Source: Candidatus Micrarchaeaceae archaeon (GTDB lineage: Archaea; Micrarchaeota; Micrarchaeia; Micrarchaeales; CABMGC01). From it: 26,797 nt of DNA. Shown here piece after piece: positions 23,725 through 26,797 of this stretch. The position numbers and the translations under genes are program-made. Location: the NCBI GenBank assembly GCA_038878295.1, contig JAVZVY010000011.1, positions 1-26,797 of the forward strand, written 5' to 3'. Every line of letters starts with the position of its first letter. Position 1 is the first letter of the stretch. The notes under the pieces are model-generated. The model did not search any database and was not told the DNA's origin. It worked only from the letters and a program-made list of their open reading frames with translations.

Positions 23725-26700
23725 TCAGCCTGGGATTGTGTAGTTGTTGTGGACCCACGCCGGCTTAGGCGTCACATACGGAAGGCCGCCCGTATAGTTG
23801 TTCAGTGCCAGTATCATTACCTCGTTTGTGCTGTTTACGTAGTTCATTCCTGTGAAATTCGAAGGGTAGGCGAGATGGTAGCCTGGTAGATAGCCGAAGA
23901 AGAAGCCCCTGTAGTAGTTTGACATGTAGAATTCTGTGGGTGCGTCTGTTATTGTGTCGTTTGGAGCGTTTGGCGTGTATAGCACCATGAAAGTGAAGAA
24001 GTTGGCTCCTGATACCGGCGTCACGCCGTAGTAGAACTGCGAACTAGGCACAATCAGCGCATTAAGCCTTGTTCCATTGGTAGAATATAAATACACAGGC
24101 GCAGATGAGGTATAGATGCTCGTTGGCACGCAATATGTTATGTTCAAAAGCTGCGGCCCGGCTATGGCAAGCGCCTTCACAGCTGTCACAGATGAATTCG
24201 CAAAGGTGCAGTACTGGCTCACGCTGCTTACAGATGCTGGAATGAGCGCATACACAGGATCGTGTTTCAGCTCGCACGTGGATGTGCCGAGCACATATGG
24301 TTGCCCGACGGAGGCGCCGGCCTGCTCCGCAAACGCCTCGCTCGTCTGGTTGACATCGACGCAGGCAAGGAAGTCTAGCGCGCCCCACTTCTGCTGGAGC
24401 TCATTGTCGAATATGACATACTTCGCTTGGACGCTGTCCATGAAGCTTGACAGCGCTTTATAGCCGAAACCGTCTGCCGGACCGAGAACGTAGATAGCTG
24501 CTGTCCTGTAGTCAAGAGTGGGCACTGCATTGTCGCCTCTCAGAACCGCATTGCTGTTGCCGAACCAGTTGATCCAGTCGCCATAATCCCACCATGAGAG
24601 CAGCCTGGGTCCGAAAGGACCGACATTTGCGCGCATCCAAGCAGCCGCCTTGAGCCACGCGTTTGGAACCACGTTGCAGTAGAGGTCGTAGCCGAGCGAA
24701 TTGCCAGAGTTTGCTATCGTGTTGCAGTTTGGATTGAGCGCCGCTGAGATCAAGCCAGATACAGAAAGCCATTCCACTACAACAACAATGAATATGAAAA
24801 TTGCGAAATATTTGACAGCTTTGGCGTGGTCCTGCTTTGGCTTCTCCGGCCTCTTGACGAGTTTGTAATCGTTTCTTATGAACATCACTGCTTCGGCTAT
24901 TATTATTGATATGGCTATTATATATGCAACGCCGAAGTGAGGTAGATATTTCACTTCTGACATCGCGGCTATCGCAAGGGGCCATACCGCAGCAAGAGCC
25001 AATATGGCGCTGCTTGAATTTCTGTATAACATTGCGACAAGCTCGAATAGTGTGAAGATTATAAGCACGGCCCAGATTATTATGTCAACGCCGCCTACGC
25101 TTGCGCCTATTATGCCGAAGCCCGCAGCGCCGAAGTTGAAGTTAAGTCCTGTGGGTTCGAACTCCTGCACGGTCATGAAGAGGGGTGTAGATGGCGTCAC
25201 AAAGTGCTTGCTCAGCGCTATGTAAGTTCTGATTGGCGTGCCCAGCGAAGTGAAGGCTGCAAGGATTAAAACTATCACGCTAAGCAGTATTAGCACAGCC
25301 AAATATGTTTTGATGTTTATCTCTTTTATCAGCTTCTCTCTTTTGAGGAGCAGGGGCAGGTACTCAAGAAACGCTATGAATATGAGCGAAACCACAGGAA
25401 ATGATATTATAACAGGCAGGCCAAGCATGCTTGGTATCCTTTCTGTGAGGGTTGCACCGTATGGACTGTAAACAAGGTAAAATATTGTGAATACGACTAT
25501 CACGATTATGTTCATCTTGTAGAAGTCTCTCGTGTCCATCCTTTTAAGCACAAGAAGCAGGCCCTGCAGCACTATGTAGATTGAGAGCACTCCAGCAATT
25601 ACTGTATAGTAGTGGGCTCCAAGGAAGTTAGAAGCATAGGCAATGCCTGCAAGTATCGCATATCTTTTTTCTTTCGGATATTTAGCGGCAAGCAGGTAGG
25701 TTGCGTAGAAGAAGAACATAGCAAAGATGCCCCACGGTTCGAGAAGCTGTTCGCCAGCGATGAAAGTGGTTATTAGCACGGGCATTGCCGCGGCGAACGC
25801 CGCGCCGACAAGCGCAGGAAATGCGCCATAGTCATGGTAAAGAAACATGAACACTATAAATACTAGCAATGCCGCTACTATTGGTGGATAGAAGCTGCTC
25901 ACGAGGCTGAGAAGATTCGTGCTCAGCGTTGAATAGTGAAGCGCCGAATTGGCAAGGTCGTACCAGTAAGCTTCGAGGTACGGCACTATAGGCTGAATTC
26001 TGTGTATCACGCCGTTGGCTACTGTTGGCCATGCTGCGTGATCGTAGAGAAGCTGGTAGCCGTAGGTGAGTATGTACTGCGTGCTTATCATATCGTAATA
26101 TGGGTCGAACTCGAAGAAGATTGGCGCTATGCCGATGCTTGCAAGCCTTGTTACAAACGTGAAAAGCATCAGAAGCAGCAATATTGACCACATCACTTCA
26201 GGCTTGTTTATGCCGACTCTGTGCTGCTGAAGCAGCAAGCGTTCTTCTGCTTCGTGTTCTGAAATCAGTTTTGATAGCTCCTCATTGTGCATCGCAATTA
26301 TCCTTTGCCTTTCCTCTTCTGGCGCACCTTTCAGTGCTTCCAACTCATGCCTCTGGCGCTCCTTGAGGCTTTCCTCTTCGGCTTGGTGTTCTTTTATCAG
26401 CTCCGTGTCTATATTTAGCAGCTTGATGTTTTCCCTAATCTTTGAAAGTTCAGACCTGCGCTCGCTTGATGGAGAAGCTGAAAGCACGGCTCTTATCGAC
26501 TTGATTGAGAAGACACCCTGCTGGAAGCATAGGACTATGCCTATTATAGTCAGCACCACAACATTGATGTTGTAGAGCCCAGCAGAGAAAGAGAATGCGT
26601 GAATGTATGGTATAAGGTATGATTCAAGCCATGTCATCACTGGCGGGAAAATAAGGCCGAACATGAAGCCTATCGCAACTATCTCGAACGTATGCAGATT

Positions 26701-26797
26701 TGTTTTTTTGAGAAGGGCAAACGATAGCAGCACTCCAGGCACCAATATAGCCAGGAACGCCTCTATGCCCACTAGCAGTATTGACATGAGAAACACA
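23725..26797 (-). CDS. aglB: Oligosaccharyltransferase AglB/STT3 with N-terminal extension (5' end at the window edge, may be partial)
   Basis: FEFDPYY, many TM helices, TVQE (TIxE motif), WWDYG, DNELQQK (DK-like motif). Adjacent to the GT4 gene. Confidence 0.93.
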   Translation of the reverse strand, partial: VFLMSILLVGIEAFLAILVPGVLLSFALLKKTNLHTFEIVAIGFMFGLIFPPVMTWLESYLIPYIHAFSFSAGLYNINVVVLTIIGIVLCFQQGVFSIKSIRAVLSASPSSERRSELSKIRENIKLLNIDTELIKEHQAEEESLKERQRHELEALKGAPEEERQRIIAMHNEELSKLISEHEAEERLLLQQHRVGINKPEVMWSILLLLMLFTFVTRLASIGIAPIFFEFDPYYDMISTQYILTYGYQLLYDHAAWPTVANGVIHRIQPIVPYLEAYWYDLANSALHYSTLSTNLLSLVSSFYPPIVAALLVFIVFMFLYHDYGAFPALVGAAFAAAMPVLITTFIAGEQLLEPWGIFAMFFFYATYLLAAKYPKEKRYAILAGIAYASNFLGAHYYTVIAGVLSIYIVLQGLLLVLKRMDTRDFYKMNIIVIVVFTIFYLVYSPYGATLTERIPSMLGLPVIISFPVVSLIFIAFLEYLPLLLKREKLIKEINIKTYLAVLILLSVIVLILAAFTSLGTPIRTYIALSKHFVTPSTPLFMTVQEFEPTGLNFNFGAAGFGIIGASVGGVDIIIWAVLIIFTLFELVAMLYRNSSSAILALAAVWPLAIAAMSEVKYLPHFGVAYIIAISIIIAEAVMFIRNDYKLVKRPEKPKQDHAKAVKYFAIFIFIVVVVEWLSVSGLISAALNPNCNTIANSGNSLGYDLYCNVVPNAWLKAAAWMRANVGPFGPRLLSWWDYGDWINWFGNSNAVLRGDNAVPTLDYRTAAIYVLGPADGFGYKALSSFMDSVQAKYVIFDNELQQKWGALDFLACVDVNQTSEAFAEQAGASVGQPYVLGTSTCELKHDPVYALIPASVSSVSQYCTFANSSVTAVKALAIAGPQLLNITYCVPTSIYTSSAPVYLYSTNGTRLNALIVPSSQFYYGVTPVSGANFFTFMVLYTPNAPNDTITDAPTEFYMSNYYRGFFFGYLPGYHLAYPSNFTGMNYVNSTNEVMILALNNYTGGLPYVTPKPAWVHNNYTIPG

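Overview
Archaeal chromosomal window, mostly housekeeping genes. It is probably DPANN and Micrarchaeota-like; this is inferred from gene content, compact packing and D-loop tRNA introns, not from a search. Contents: a partial type IV pilin-like gene, a decayed IS transposase, a degenerate RpiB-fold protein, PolX-PHP, isopentenyl phosphate kinase, aldo/keto reductase, FtsZ, protein disulfide oxidoreductase, Rad50, Mut7-C RNase, EF-1beta with its Zn-ribbon partner, three tRNAs (Arg-GCG; Leu-TAA and Thr-GGT, each with a BHB intron at position 20/21), a GNAT-zincin fusion, a CC1-like chromatin protein, PAC2, DUF192, an orphan helical-repeat protein, a class III aminotransferase, L14e-cmk-L34e, EMC3/TMCO1, an amidohydrolase, thermosome, a single-repeat TBP, a GT4 glycosyltransferase and AglB. 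Most notable: (1) a stand-alone half-TBP with its own promoter and no room for a second repeat; (2) a rigid (G)TGA-N4-start initiation signal that points to ATA start codons at three loci; (3) non-canonical tRNA introns; (4) several unusual protein architectures.
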